From the NCBI GenBank assembly GCA_045594025.1, contig JAZNXS010000030.1:3230-67229 (forward strand): a stretch of DNA of 64,000 bases, written 5' to 3'. Numbering within the stretch: position 1 is the stretch's first letter; every line of letters begins with the position of its first letter. The notes below the pieces were generated by a model, which did no database searches, had not been told where the DNA came from, and saw only the letters and a list, made by a program, of their open reading frames with translations. Position numbers and translations under genes: made by a program. The DNA comes from Candidatus Scatosoma sp. (lineage in GTDB: Bacteria; Bacillota; Clostridia; Christensenellales; Borkfalkiaceae). This document shows positions 8,385 through 18,541 of this stretch, in pieces.

Positions 8385-9302
8385 TTAAAAATTTACGGTT
8401 TCTATTACCGAATACTCTATTTTCACGCGGTAACACGCGCCGTTTTGTATTGTTTCTGTTTTTAAAATTTCGTCTTTCTCGGAAAGACAAATGTTTAAAT
8501 AGGCTTTTGCAAAAGCTTCTTCCGCCGTTTCCGCCTCGATCTCCGCTTCGTACGCACACATAATGCGCACGCGCGAAATAATTTCAACGCGTACCTGCCC
8601 CCCTTGTTCGGTTTCGAAATACGGTTGGACAAGGATTTCCCCCTCTCGTACCGTATCCCCCACCTTCTTCGTGGGCGTTCCGCGCAGTACCGTCATGGCG
8701 ATGATTTCGCCCGTATGTTTTGCCTTCATGGCATTTTTGTCTATCGATTGCGTGGGGAAAGGACTGGTTTGGATTTCCACCAACACGCGATGGCCTTTCC
8801 GTTGCACCGAACAAAACTCCACACCGTCGATCCGCAATAATTTTGCGCAAACGAGGTCCTCTTTCCCTGCTTGGTAAAAGGAAAACGGGCGAATACCTAC
8901 CTCTTCTAAAGCCGTATACGCTTCCCTTGCGTATACGTCCGTACCCACAAAATCTATCGCAAGCACCAACGGATCGAAGTAGGTTGCCATAACCAAGCAA
9001 AGCACGCCGCCGAGCAATAATCCCAGCCGCGCTTTCGCTTTCTCCACGTATTTTCCAAGCCCCACAGCGCCCATTCTTTTTACCGTGTAAGCGCTATATA
9101 CGGACTTATTATAACATACATCCGGATAAATTGCAAAAACTTTTTCACAATCTTTTTTGTTTATACAAAAAAGTATTTGATTTTTCTCGACTTTTTTTGC
9201 ATAAAAAACGGGAATTCCCGCGCGACGAAGGCGCAATAGCGCCCGTTCGGGCATCAAGCCCTCTATCAATAATCGTTCTTTCGGGGAATACGGAAATTTC
9301 AT
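8385..9302 (-). CDS. yqfD: Sporulation protein YqfD
   Basis: Start reassigned to ATG 9302 (MKFPYSPKERL...), which has an SD GGAGGG and overlaps the yqfC stop (ATGA). It has one TM segment and YqfD-like length and context. The 349-aa track ORF has an unsupported N-terminal extension. Confidence 0.75.
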   Translation of the reverse strand: MKFPYSPKERLLIEGLMPERALLRLRRAGIPVFYAKKVEKNQILFCINKKDCEKVFAIYPDVCYNKSVYSAYTVKRMGAVGLGKYVEKAKARLGLLLGGVLCLVMATYFDPLVLAIDFVGTDVYAREAYTALEEVGIRPFSFYQAGKEDLVCAKLLRIDGVEFCSVQRKGHRVLVEIQTSPFPTQSIDKNAMKAKHTGEIIAMTVLRGTPTKKVGDTVREGEILVQPYFETEQGGQVRVEIISRVRIMCAYEAEIEAETAEEAFAKAYLNICLSEKDEILKTETIQNGACYRVKIEYSVIETVNF

Positions 9303-9568
9303 TTTCCCTCCTCCGAAGACGGATTTTCCACACGCAACACGTGAATATTGCCGTCGATTTGCAAATCGCCGTCGTAGTATTTTCGAATGGACAGATTTTT
9401 CCCTTCCGCCGCCACCGTTGTTTTCGGAAAACATACGACGATCCGTTCTGAGGAAAAATCCCCCACCGCTTTTACGCCCTCAAAATAACCGCCGCCACCC
9501 GGCACTACCGTGCACCGAGTAAACGCCGCGCCATCCGCATTTTTAAAGATTTCATCATATAACCGCAT
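9299..9568 (-). CDS. yqfC: YabP/YqfC-family sporulation protein
   Basis: 89 aa. Its position directly upstream of and overlapping yqfD matches the yqfC family. An SD AGGGG precedes the ATG. Confidence 0.75.
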   Translation of the reverse strand: MRLYDEIFKNADGAAFTRCTVVPGGGGYFEGVKAVGDFSSERIVVCFPKTTVAAEGKNLSIRKYYDGDLQIDGNIHVLRVENPSSEEGK

Positions 9569-9616
9569 ACCTGCCCCTCCACTCTTTACTATATGAGCGA
9601 ACGTCGCAGAGTATGT

Positions 9617-11239
9617 TTAACCTAAAATATGTTCCAACTCGTCCTTGATTTTTTGCGGTTGATCGGTTTTACAAACGATCGTCAATACGTCGCCGCTATG
9701 CAATACGGTGTCACCATCAGGAATAATATGCTCTTCTCCCCTAGAAAGCTCTTTCACGATTGCGCCTGCCGGCCACAGAATATTTCTCACCTCGCGCTTG
9801 TCCGCAATCGCGCCGGGCGCCACCTCCATTGTATATACCTCTCGCACAGCACGTTCGTGAATACCCGTTTCGTGCTCGTATTCCTTCAAAAGATCCTCAT
9901 AAATACAGTCAATTCTTGACATTTCCCCAATGACATAGCCTAAGCATACCGCAATAATCACGGGTAAAAGCGCGGCAAAGCTACCTGTAAATTCACAAAT
10001 CATGACGATCGCCGTAATAGGCGCTTTCACCACCGTTGTAAAGAACGCCGCCATACAGATCATCACCATTAAATCACAGTAGGGTAAAAAGCTTGGGTCG
10101 ATCCCCAGCCAAAGCCCGTTGAGCAAGCCGCCAAGACAGGCGCCGATGGCGATGATGGGAATAAAGATACCGCAGGGAATCCCTGAGCCGACGTTTACCG
10201 TCGTAATACCCAGCTTTAACACCAAAACGATAAGCAACGTCCATACCAGGGGCAAGCCGAATACGCTTTCCGTCATCACCGACGTCAAACCGCCGTTTGT
10301 ACCGAGGGATTCGATAAGTTCGTGTCCGCCGCCCATAACGCCTGCCGCAAGCAACGATACGATTCCACCCAAAAGCACCGCAATGAAGATACGGATACCA
10401 TGGGCAATCCTTACGTCCTTCGTTTGGATTTTTTTGAAAAGCTTACGCACGGCAAAGCACGCCTTATAAAAGAGTACGCCAAGGAGTCCGCAGACGAGCC
10501 CTGCCAACACCACGTAACCGTAATAGGTCAACGGGAAATCACGGAAAACGTAGGAATGAAACGCCCTTGCAACCTCCATATTCAACAAGCGATAAATCGC
10601 ACTGCGCGTCAGCATCCCGAAAATAACCGAAGAAAACGCACAAATGAATACTTCTGGCGTAAAACGCTTATGCGCTTCTTCAAAGGCAAACGCAATCCCC
10701 GTCAACGGTGCGTTGGACGCAACGGCAAGCCCTGTACAAGCGCCTCCCGTTACCTGATATCTGCGAATCATTTCATTGCGCTTTGTCAAGGTAGATACCC
10801 CGTCGCCCATTGCCGAGCCGATCAATACGCTAGGCCCCTCCGCGCCGATGGAAAGCCCCATAAAAATACTCAATAAGCTTGCCGCGAACATCGCGGAAAG
10901 ATCTCGCCACCACGTAAAGCGGACTATTCCTCTCGTCGCACCCTCTGCCTGCGGAATGCCGCAGCCACGAATGACAGACGACACGTTAACCAGCACGCTG
11001 ATTAGAAAAGCGCCTGCAAACAATCCTAAAAACAGCAAAGGAATAAAGCCCGGATTTTCGCGCACGTAAGCATAAACGCCTTGCGAGATTTTCTCCCCCT
11101 CGTGCGCAAAGATATTGAAAAGAGTAACGATGGCGCCGGCTAAAATCCCCGTAACGCTTCCCACAGCAATCAATTCCAAAAAGCTGCGGTAAAATTCACC
11201 CTTTTTCTTGTTTTGCTTTTGCTTGATTTCCTTTTGCAT
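9617..11239 (-). CDS. ClC-family chloride channel/antiporter with a C-terminal TrkA-C domain
   Basis: ClC motifs GCGIPQ, GAEGP and GIFIP, about 10 TM helices, and a C-terminal soluble RCK_C-like segment. Confidence 0.85.
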   Translation of the reverse strand: MQKEIKQKQNKKKGEFYRSFLELIAVGSVTGILAGAIVTLFNIFAHEGEKISQGVYAYVRENPGFIPLLFLGLFAGAFLISVLVNVSSVIRGCGIPQAEGATRGIVRFTWWRDLSAMFAASLLSIFMGLSIGAEGPSVLIGSAMGDGVSTLTKRNEMIRRYQVTGGACTGLAVASNAPLTGIAFAFEEAHKRFTPEVFICAFSSVIFGMLTRSAIYRLLNMEVARAFHSYVFRDFPLTYYGYVVLAGLVCGLLGVLFYKACFAVRKLFKKIQTKDVRIAHGIRIFIAVLLGGIVSLLAAGVMGGGHELIESLGTNGGLTSVMTESVFGLPLVWTLLIVLVLKLGITTVNVGSGIPCGIFIPIIAIGACLGGLLNGLWLGIDPSFLPYCDLMVMICMAAFFTTVVKAPITAIVMICEFTGSFAALLPVIIAVCLGYVIGEMSRIDCIYEDLLKEYEHETGIHERAVREVYTMEVAPGAIADKREVRNILWPAGAIVKELSRGEEHIIPDGDTVLHSGDVLTIVCKTDQPQKIKDELEHILG

Positions 11240-11260
11240 AAATTCCCCTTTAACCAGAGA

Positions 11261-13039
11261 TTAAGCAAACTGCCCGTTATACAGGGTTGCGTATGCGCCG
11301 CCAAGCGCCAACAATTCTTTATGCGTTCCCTGCTCCACCACACTGCCGTTCTCCATGACGAGAATGCAATCGGAATGGATAATCGTGGACAGCCTATGCG
11401 CTACGATAAACGAGGTTCTACCCTCCATCAGCTTTCCAAACGCATCGCTGATTTTCAGCTCTGTGCGGGTATCGATGGAAGAAGTCGCTTCGTCTAAAAT
11501 CAGCATGGGCGGTTTCGTCAACATAATTCTCGCAATACAAAGAAGTTGTTTTTGTCCCTCGGAAAGCGAGCCGCCCTCCCCAAGAACGGTATCATACCCC
11601 TTTTCCATACGCTTGATAAAGCTATGTGCGTGCGCCGCTTTCGCCGCCGCGATCATCTCTTCATCCGTTGCTTCAGGTTTGCCCATTTTTAAGTTTTCAC
11701 GGACGGTACCACTCTTTAACCAGGTTTCCTGCAATACCATACCGTAATGCTCGCGCAAGGATTTTCTCGTTAAACCGCGTATATCCTTTCCGTCCACTTG
11801 TACGCAGCCGCCCTTTACGTCGTAGAAACGCATCAAAAGATTGATGAGGGTGCTCTTACCTGCCCCCGTTCTACCGACGATTGCCACTCGCTGACCGGGC
11901 ACAACCTGCAAGGAAAGCCCTTCGATCAGCTTCTTCGTTTCCGTGTACGAGAAAGAAACGTCTTCCAACACAACACAGCCCTCTGCGTTTTTCAACACTT
12001 CATTTTCCGCATCGGAGCTTTCTTCCGTTTCGTCGATAAGCTCGAAAATACGCGCCGCGCATACGAACGCGCTTTTAAGCTCCGTCACCACTCCTGAAAT
12101 TTCATTGAACGGTTTCGTGTACTGGTTGGCATACGAAAGGAATTTCGTCAACTGCCCCACCGTGAAACCGCCAACGCCCATCACGACGTCCAGCGCGCCG
12201 AGCAGCGCCACCAACGCGTATACCAAATTATTGACAAACCGAGTGGAAGGATTCGTGAGCGAAGAATAGAAAGTAGCGTTCATGGACGCCTTTTCCAAAC
12301 GGCGGTTTATTTCATCAAATTTTTCTGCGTTTTCATCCTCGTGCGCAAACGCTTGCACCGTCTTTAACCCGCCGATCATCTCCTCGGTGAAAGCAGTCTG
12401 CTCTCCGCGCGTCGCCGTCTGTTCTTTAAAAAATTTATGGGTGTGATTTGCAACAAATCTCGCCACAAACAGCGAAACGGGGGTTACCAGTACCACGACG
12501 AGCCCGATTTTCACGCTGGTCAACAGCATGAATACGATGGTACCCAAAATCGTCAAAACACCGGTAAAGAATTGGGTAAAGCCCATCAAAAGCCCATCGG
12601 AAAATTGATCGGCATCCGCAACGACGCGACTGACCGTATCCCCATGGGAATGGGTGTCTACGTATTGCAACGGCAATTTTCCAAGTTTTGCGAAAGCGTC
12701 TTGGCGAATATCCCGTACAACGTTGCAGGAAATGCGATTATTGCAAAGACTGGTCAGCCATTGTGAAAGCGCGCCGACGCCAACAATGATAAGAATGTTA
12801 AGAAAAATTGATTTTAGCTTCGCCCACTGCACACCGTTTGCCATAATACAATCGATGGCGTCCCCGAAAAATACGGGTACTAACAACGTCGCCGTTACCG
12901 TCAATACGGAAAAGAACAACGACGCGATCAAAGATAAGGGATATCTCCCCACGTAACGCAGAACCCGTCGCAACGTGCCTGCGTTCTTCTTGCTTTCAAC
13001 CTGTACATGGGTGGGTGCTTTTACATTTCTCATGCGCAC
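11261..13039 (-). CDS. ABC exporter, fused permease/ATPase (type 1 exporter half-transporter)
   Basis: Six-TM N-terminal domain, Walker A GRTGAGKST, signature LSEGQKQ, Walker B ILDEATS. Confidence 0.9.
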   Translation of the reverse strand: MRMRNVKAPTHVQVESKKNAGTLRRVLRYVGRYPLSLIASLFFSVLTVTATLLVPVFFGDAIDCIMANGVQWAKLKSIFLNILIIVGVGALSQWLTSLCNNRISCNVVRDIRQDAFAKLGKLPLQYVDTHSHGDTVSRVVADADQFSDGLLMGFTQFFTGVLTILGTIVFMLLTSVKIGLVVVLVTPVSLFVARFVANHTHKFFKEQTATRGEQTAFTEEMIGGLKTVQAFAHEDENAEKFDEINRRLEKASMNATFYSSLTNPSTRFVNNLVYALVALLGALDVVMGVGGFTVGQLTKFLSYANQYTKPFNEISGVVTELKSAFVCAARIFELIDETEESSDAENEVLKNAEGCVVLEDVSFSYTETKKLIEGLSLQVVPGQRVAIVGRTGAGKSTLINLLMRFYDVKGGCVQVDGKDIRGLTRKSLREHYGMVLQETWLKSGTVRENLKMGKPEATDEEMIAAAKAAHAHSFIKRMEKGYDTVLGEGGSLSEGQKQLLCIARIMLTKPPMLILDEATSSIDTRTELKISDAFGKLMEGRTSFIVAHRLSTIIHSDCILVMENGSVVEQGTHKELLALGGAYATLYNGQFA

Positions 13040-14784
13040 ACCTCCCCTTCCGCATCGTATTGCGAAAAGTAAATTTCACGGTACACTTCACAGTCTTTCA
13101 TCAACTGCTCGTGCGTGCCGATTCCTACCGCCTTTCCGTCGTCTAACACGATAATTTTATCCGCGTCACGCACGGAAGAGGTGCGTTGCGACACCACAAA
13201 TACCGTCGTCTTTAATTGTCGAATCCCCTTCCTCAGCGCCGCGTCCGTCGCATAGTCAAGCGCCGAGGACGAATCGTCCAAAATCAAAATTTCAGGGTCT
13301 CTCACCAACGCTCTGGCAACAGTGAGACGTTGCTTCTGTCCGCCGGAGAAATTCTTGCCGCCTTGTTCTACGGTCGCATCCAAGCCACCTTTTTCTTGAA
13401 TAAACTCGTCCGCCTGCGCCATTTTTAACGCATTCCAAAGCTCTTCGTCCGTAGCGTTCGCTCTGCCCCAAAGCAGGTTTTCACGAACCGTGCCCTTAAA
13501 CAGCTTTGCTTTTTGCGGTACGACGCCGATACGTTCCCTTAAGAAGGATTGCAGACTTTTCTGCCTTACGTCTATGCCGTCAATAAACACACTGCCGCCG
13601 CTTACGTCATAGAAATGGGGGATTAAATTGACAAGCGTGGTTTTTCCCGAACCCGTACCGCCGATTACGCCTATCGTCTCGCCTTTTTGCACAGCGAAAG
13701 ACAGCTCTGAAAGAGCTTCGTCCGCGCCTTCGCTATAACGAACGCTGACGTTATCAAACACGATAAACCCGTCCATACCCCCTTGCTTCTCCGTTCTTTC
13801 TACCGTTTCCAAGGAAGGTTGCATTTTTAGTACTGCCTCGATACGGTCTGCGCTTGCTACGGCTTTGGCTACCGTCACAATCAGGTTAGCAAGCTTGATC
13901 AGCTCAATCAAAATCTGGCTCATCAAATTGTAGAGCGCAATCACTTCCCCTTGTGAGAGTAAACCGCTTTCCACGCGGAGCGCCCCCGTATACAGCAATA
14001 CGATAATGGCAAGGTTGACCAGTGCAAACGTTAAAGAGTTGGTGATGGCGGCTATTCCGCCAACAAATTTTCTTTCTTTCGTCAACTCTTCGTTGCGTTC
14101 GTCAAATAGCTTACGCTCGTCCTCTTCTTTACAAAATGCGCGCAATACTCTTGCGCCCGACAGATTTTCACGAGTGGAAAGCAGCACTTTATCCAACTTT
14201 GCCTGCGTCTTTTTATAAAGCGGCATACAAATGAACATGACGGCGTACACCACTGCCGCAAGCACGGCAATCGCACCGCCGAATACGCCGAACGACGCAG
14301 GATCGATGATACACGCGCAAATCAGCGCGCCGAATACGATAAACGGAGAGCGCAGCAGTAAACGCAAAAATAAATTGATCCCCGTTTGCATTTTATCCAC
14401 GTCGCTCGTCATACGGGTGAGCATGGTCGATTCGCCCATTTTATCAATGTCTTTATAGCTAAGCGATTGTAATTTTTTGAATAAGTCGCTACGCACGCTC
14501 GCCGCGACGCCCGTTGCCGCTTTTGCAGAGAAATACTGCGCCGTTACGGAGAAAATCAAACCCACCAAACCAAATACGGCAAGCACCAAACACATACCGA
14601 CGATAAATCCTTTATCCGCATGAGGATACCCAACGCCATCCACGTACTGACCAAGCCCTTTGTCCACAATCAAAGCCACGATAAAAGGAACCAAAAGCTC
14701 AAACGTCGCTTCCAGCAATTTAAACAGTGGTCCTAACAGGCTCTGCAATTTATACGGTTTAAAATAGGTGAAAATCTTTTTCAT
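13030..14784 (-). CDS. ABC exporter, fused permease/ATPase (partner half-transporter)
   Basis: Walker A GGTGSGKTT, signature FSGGQKQ, Walker B ILDDSSS. The gene overlaps the downstream partner by 10 nt. Start set to ATG 14784 (MKKIFTYFK). The track start is a TTG inside a promoter-like sequence. Confidence 0.85.
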   Translation of the reverse strand: MKKIFTYFKPYKLQSLLGPLFKLLEATFELLVPFIVALIVDKGLGQYVDGVGYPHADKGFIVGMCLVLAVFGLVGLIFSVTAQYFSAKAATGVAASVRSDLFKKLQSLSYKDIDKMGESTMLTRMTSDVDKMQTGINLFLRLLLRSPFIVFGALICACIIDPASFGVFGGAIAVLAAVVYAVMFICMPLYKKTQAKLDKVLLSTRENLSGARVLRAFCKEEDERKLFDERNEELTKERKFVGGIAAITNSLTFALVNLAIIVLLYTGALRVESGLLSQGEVIALYNLMSQILIELIKLANLIVTVAKAVASADRIEAVLKMQPSLETVERTEKQGGMDGFIVFDNVSVRYSEGADEALSELSFAVQKGETIGVIGGTGSGKTTLVNLIPHFYDVSGGSVFIDGIDVRQKSLQSFLRERIGVVPQKAKLFKGTVRENLLWGRANATDEELWNALKMAQADEFIQEKGGLDATVEQGGKNFSGGQKQRLTVARALVRDPEILILDDSSSALDYATDAALRKGIRQLKTTVFVVSQRTSSVRDADKIIVLDDGKAVGIGTHEQLMKDCEVYREIYFSQYDAEGEVCA

Positions 14785-14791
14785 GGGTATC

Positions 14792-14820
14792 ATTATAGCA
14801 CTATTTTTCCATAAACGCAA
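14792..14820 (-). promoter_or_regulatory. Sigma-A-type promoter abutting the ABC exporter start (possible leaderless transcript)
   Basis: The minus strand reads TTGCGT - 17 nt - TATAAT - gataccc - ATG. No SD precedes the ATG. Confidence 0.45.
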
Positions 14821-14830
14821 GGAAAAATGC

Positions 14831-14898
14831 TTTTTTTATAAAAAATACCTCTCTTTATGAGAGGTAAATCATAAACGGAGCAACTTGGTGCTCCGTTT
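14831..14898 (-). terminator. Tandem hairpins / rho-independent terminator after the 312-aa gene
   Basis: Read on the minus strand: AAACGGAGCAccaagTTGCTCCGTTT, then TACCTCTCataaaGAGAGGTA followed by TTTTTT. Confidence 0.7.
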
Positions 14899-14908
14899 GG
14901 TCATTGTA

Positions 14909-15847
14909 TTATTCTATCACAGCCGTTTCCAATACAGGCGTTGCAGTCAACGCTTCGTAAAGCTCTTTCTTTCCACGGATTTCCAATAAGGTTTTACCCT
15001 CCTCCGTCGAATCCAAACGCTCGTTCAAACGATACATGCGCGCCGCATTAATAAATTTGTTGGTGAAGATCGCAAACACGATAAACAATACCACGGAAAC
15101 ACAACCCATGATAATGGTGGGTACAATATAGGTGTCTTCTCTTGTGGAAAAGTTTTTAAGCCCGATCACAACCGTCACGATTACCGCCACAAGCAGGGGA
15201 ATCATAGAAAGCAAGAATCCAAGCCCCGTATGAAGCTTACGCACAGAAAGTATTTCCCTGCGCTTTTGTTGCTTGCTCTCCACCACTTCCGCAAGCGGTT
15301 TTTCCGCCTCAGAAAGTTCCGCTATACGCTTTTCAAACGCACCATGGTAGTCTCGTTTGATAATATCTGCCGCTTGATAACCCAAATCGAATTCCAAGCT
15401 TTCCAGCCCGGCTTCTACGTATTCGTCTATCAATACGTCGGGGTCTTTAAAATCGGAGGTCTTCGCTCTCCAATACCCAACGGAAGCTTCCGTTGCTACG
15501 TCATCGTAATCAAGCGCGCGTTCGTATTCCAATTCCGCCGCGTGATAACTGCCCGTTTCCAACAGCATTTTACCCTGTGCGCAAAGGTTTTCGTACTGCG
15601 CCAATCTGCGCGCGCTAGCTTGCGCTTTTTCTTTGCGAACGCGTTCCGCTTCCGCGGGGGTAAGGTCTACCAAATCCTCATCGTCCGTTTCCACCTCAAT
15701 CACAGGCATTTCAGAATCGAAATCCATAACGAATTCCTCCCCTTCTTCCAGCTCTGCCGTTGCGTCTACAATCTCCAACGTGCCGTCCGCCTTTTTCTTA
15801 TAACGGATCTCCTTACCGATTTCGTCTTCTAACATTCTTTCTTCCAT
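14909..15847 (-). CDS. Hypothetical membrane protein (acidic N-terminus, two C-proximal TM helices)
   Basis: 312-aa ORF with coherent composition and TM segments GLGFLLSMIPLLVAVIVTVVIGL and IVPTIIMGCVSVVLFIVFAIF. I recognise no family. Confidence 0.5.
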   Translation of the reverse strand: MEERMLEDEIGKEIRYKKKADGTLEIVDATAELEEGEEFVMDFDSEMPVIEVETDDEDLVDLTPAEAERVRKEKAQASARRLAQYENLCAQGKMLLETGSYHAAELEYERALDYDDVATEASVGYWRAKTSDFKDPDVLIDEYVEAGLESLEFDLGYQAADIIKRDYHGAFEKRIAELSEAEKPLAEVVESKQQKRREILSVRKLHTGLGFLLSMIPLLVAVIVTVVIGLKNFSTREDTYIVPTIIMGCVSVVLFIVFAIFTNKFINAARMYRLNERLDSTEEGKTLLEIRGKKELYEALTATPVLETAVIE

Positions 15848-15860
15848 AGTTTGCTCCCTT

Positions 15861-16793
15861 TTAACTTTCTATTTCTTCTTTGGAAAGTGCAAACGGATTT
15901 CTCCAACCCGTCTTTTTCCTCCCTACATAATCGGGGACCACCGTCTCCGTAACGTACGTGCGGAACTTCCCTTTATAACGGCTTTGCGCCCATTGACAAA
16001 GTTCGTTGGTTTCAAATAGCGCAATTACACAACTTCCCGAGCCCGTCATCACCGCGCCGAGTGGCGAAAACGATTCGGCTTCTTTAAACGCCTTTTCCAC
16101 GTCGGGATTGAGGTGTAACGCAGGCACGTATAAGTCATTCATCAAATACCTGCCCACCTCATTTATGTTATTACTAAGCAAGGCGTCTATACAACCTTGC
16201 GTTGCGCTTTCTTTCCACTGTAAGGTTTTGGGCAACTCGTCATACTTGCGGTAGCAACCGCCTGACGAAACCTCCGATAAAGGACAAATCAATAGCAAAT
16301 GCAGCTTTTGATCGGTGGAAATGTTCGTCACGTTCTCCCCTCTACCCTGCATGCGCGCAAAACCGCCCGTGAGCATATAGCCCGTATCACTGCCGAGAGC
16401 GTCGGCAAGCGCTTTTAAACGTTCTCTTTCCGTAACGCCGTACAGCTTTGCCATGCCGTTGAGCACCCCCGAAACGTCCGCAGACGAACCGCCAAGGCCT
16501 GCGCCCATCGGAATTTGCTTATATACAGTGATGTCCGCGCCGTTCGTTCCAAACGTTTCCGAAAAGAGCTCTGCCGCTTTCAACGCCGTGTTCTTTTCAG
16601 GAGGGATAGACTCACTCCCCATGCCTTTCATGGTTACACTTGATAGCTTGTCCTTCCTCTTTCGCAAAACAATTTTATCATACAGCGCCACGCTGGCAAC
16701 GAGGGAATCCAAGATGTGATATCCCACTTCCACCCCCGTGATCTCAAGAGTCAAATTCACTTTTGCATGCGCTTTGATGGTTACCGTATTCAT
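15861..16793 (-). CDS. ispE: 4-diphosphocytidyl-2-C-methyl-D-erythritol kinase
   Basis: GHMP kinase motif PMGAGLGGSSADVSG and the N-terminal AHAKVNLTLEI typical of IspE. Confidence 0.9.
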   Translation of the reverse strand: MNTVTIKAHAKVNLTLEITGVEVGYHILDSLVASVALYDKIVLRKRKDKLSSVTMKGMGSESIPPEKNTALKAAELFSETFGTNGADITVYKQIPMGAGLGGSSADVSGVLNGMAKLYGVTERERLKALADALGSDTGYMLTGGFARMQGRGENVTNISTDQKLHLLLICPLSEVSSGGCYRKYDELPKTLQWKESATQGCIDALLSNNINEVGRYLMNDLYVPALHLNPDVEKAFKEAESFSPLGAVMTGSGSCVIALFETNELCQWAQSRYKGKFRTYVTETVVPDYVGRKKTGWRNPFALSKEEIES

Positions 16794-16927
16794 CCTTCTT
16801 TCACCTGCGTATTGCGAAAATTGCGGCGAGGAACCCTCGCCGCATGGATTGCTCTTTTTCTATTTTACCATATTTTTACCGAAATTACAATATTTTAAAT
16901 AAAAATATTGCACGTTTTTGTAAAAAA

Positions 16928-18412
16928 TCACTTGATTTGTCTGTAAACGAAAATCCTTTCCCCTTCTTTTAACGGGAATTCTAAATCGGGATTGCACCGT
17001 TTGACGTCCTCGGGCGCACAAGCCAACCGCTTGGAAACCTGCCAAAGCTCTTCCCCAGCATTCGTCATGAACACCGAAAATGCCGCGTCCGTTTCACCGT
17101 ACGGTTCCCCTTCCGTTACCTCGGAAAGATATTCCCAGTTCCTCTGTTCATAACTGCAAAGGCTGAGCTTCAACGTAGCTTCCGCTTCCGTTTCACCATT
17201 CTTTTTACGGCGCACGTTTAAGCCGCAAACCATGCCTTCCGCTTCGACAATCTCCCCCTCTGTATCTATAGGAAACATAAACGGCAACGTGAGCGTTGTA
17301 CTACGGCGACTTCCGTCTGCGCCGCCAAGCAATACCTCCGCCAAAATCACGCCCTCTGCCTCCATACCTCTATCACCTTTACGGCAAGTGATTTCCGCGC
17401 GAGGCAATACAGCCGCTTGTAAGGTGTACTCTCCGTCCATCTCAGGCGAAAGCATGGAGACGCCGCTGATACGTTCGACGAATTTTGTGTGATTCGTTAA
17501 ATACATACCCCCGTCATTTTGCTTTTTTAAGAAAATTTCAGCCCCTGTGGAGAACGCGTCCTCCACCACGGAAACCTCCTCATGTGCCACCACGTAGCAC
17601 TCTGCTGAAAGGGTGTACGAAAAGACGATATGACTGGCGCCCTTTTCTTCGTCCGTGCCTGCCGCAAGATGCGCAGATTTTACAAACACTTTTGCTGCCG
17701 CAGAAACGTTCCCAAATGCTTCGTCGCAAGGTACGCTGATGGTAAAGGGAAGCAGCCTTTCATACGAACAAACCGAATCGTCGCTCTTTAATACGCAGAT
17801 ATTTAAACCGATTTCCCCTTCCACGTCGATTTGCCCGTTGCTGATGGAAACACGATTGACGATCGCCGTTTCGCTGTGCAGAAGAATATCCCCCACGTAA
17901 TCGGTATCAAATTCGTCCTCGCCTTCCATTTCGCCGCTGACGCAGACCGTCTTATAAACCTTAGCGACGTCTTTCTTCACAATCAACCCATCGCCGCCGG
18001 ATAAATATTCCATTTGCTTGCTGCCATATCCCGTAATATCTGCGTCGACAACAACGGACACGTACAATCCGGAACCCTCCCTGCGCCAAGTGACGTTGGC
18101 AGGCGTCAACGTAGTTTTCGCAAAGCAAGCCGGGGTAATCTCTCCGCCCTCCGCTTTATGGAAAAACTCTGCGCCGCGTTCTGCTCTACAAATTTTCTTA
18201 TCCCCATCTTCATACACAATACAAAGCAATAGCTTGCCGCCGTATTGCACTTCGCCGTCCACGCAAACGTTTTCCGTTGGCACTGCCTTCGCATGCACCG
18301 CCAAAATACTGCTAATCTCACTGCCGGGAAGCCGACATTCTACAATCGATTGACTCTTCAAACGGCAAATTTTTCCAACGTAACGATAGGTTTCAAACTG
18401 CGGTTTTATCAT
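16928..18412 (-). CDS. DUF3794-like repeat protein with a C-terminal LysM domain (possible SpoVID/SipL-type spore morphogenetic protein)
   Basis: The C-terminal ~45 aa (ELWQVSKRLACAPEDVKRCNPDLEFPLKEGERIFV) is LysM-like. The upstream beta-rich repeats resemble DUF3794. The functional assignment is tentative. Confidence 0.55.
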   Translation of the reverse strand: MIKPQFETYRYVGKICRLKSQSIVECRLPGSEISSILAVHAKAVPTENVCVDGEVQYGGKLLLCIVYEDGDKKICRAERGAEFFHKAEGGEITPACFAKTTLTPANVTWRREGSGLYVSVVVDADITGYGSKQMEYLSGGDGLIVKKDVAKVYKTVCVSGEMEGEDEFDTDYVGDILLHSETAIVNRVSISNGQIDVEGEIGLNICVLKSDDSVCSYERLLPFTISVPCDEAFGNVSAAAKVFVKSAHLAAGTDEEKGASHIVFSYTLSAECYVVAHEEVSVVEDAFSTGAEIFLKKQNDGGMYLTNHTKFVERISGVSMLSPEMDGEYTLQAAVLPRAEITCRKGDRGMEAEGVILAEVLLGGADGSRRSTTLTLPFMFPIDTEGEIVEAEGMVCGLNVRRKKNGETEAEATLKLSLCSYEQRNWEYLSEVTEGEPYGETDAAFSVFMTNAGEELWQVSKRLACAPEDVKRCNPDLEFPLKEGERIFVYRQIK

Positions 18413-18541
18413 GATTTTTCCTTCCTCTCCGTTTTATTTCGCTATGTATTTTTATGCAAAAAGCATGGCACATAGAACATACAAAAGGAAAATTTTTCCG
18501 TTTCTCGCATAATTTTAAGCGGCGTTGGGCATACTAAACGT

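Noticed and set aside
9563-9580. Recurrent CATACCTGCCCC / GGGGCAGGTATG motif (also near 8590, 11861, 24141, 24170, 60278 and 61286)
   Set aside because: Several copies are explained trivially. At 9566 it is the SD plus ATG of yqfC. At 11861 it encodes the Walker A residues GAGK. At 8590 and 61286 it is ordinary coding sequence. The remaining intergenic copies are too few for me to call a regulatory motif without a genome-wide count.
16815-16850. Hairpin GCGGCGAGGaaccCTCGCCGC between the LysM gene and ispE as a terminator
   Set aside because: The stem is good, but the downstream U-run on the minus strand is weak (aattttcg). It could equally be an intercistronic stabiliser, so it is not listed as a feature.
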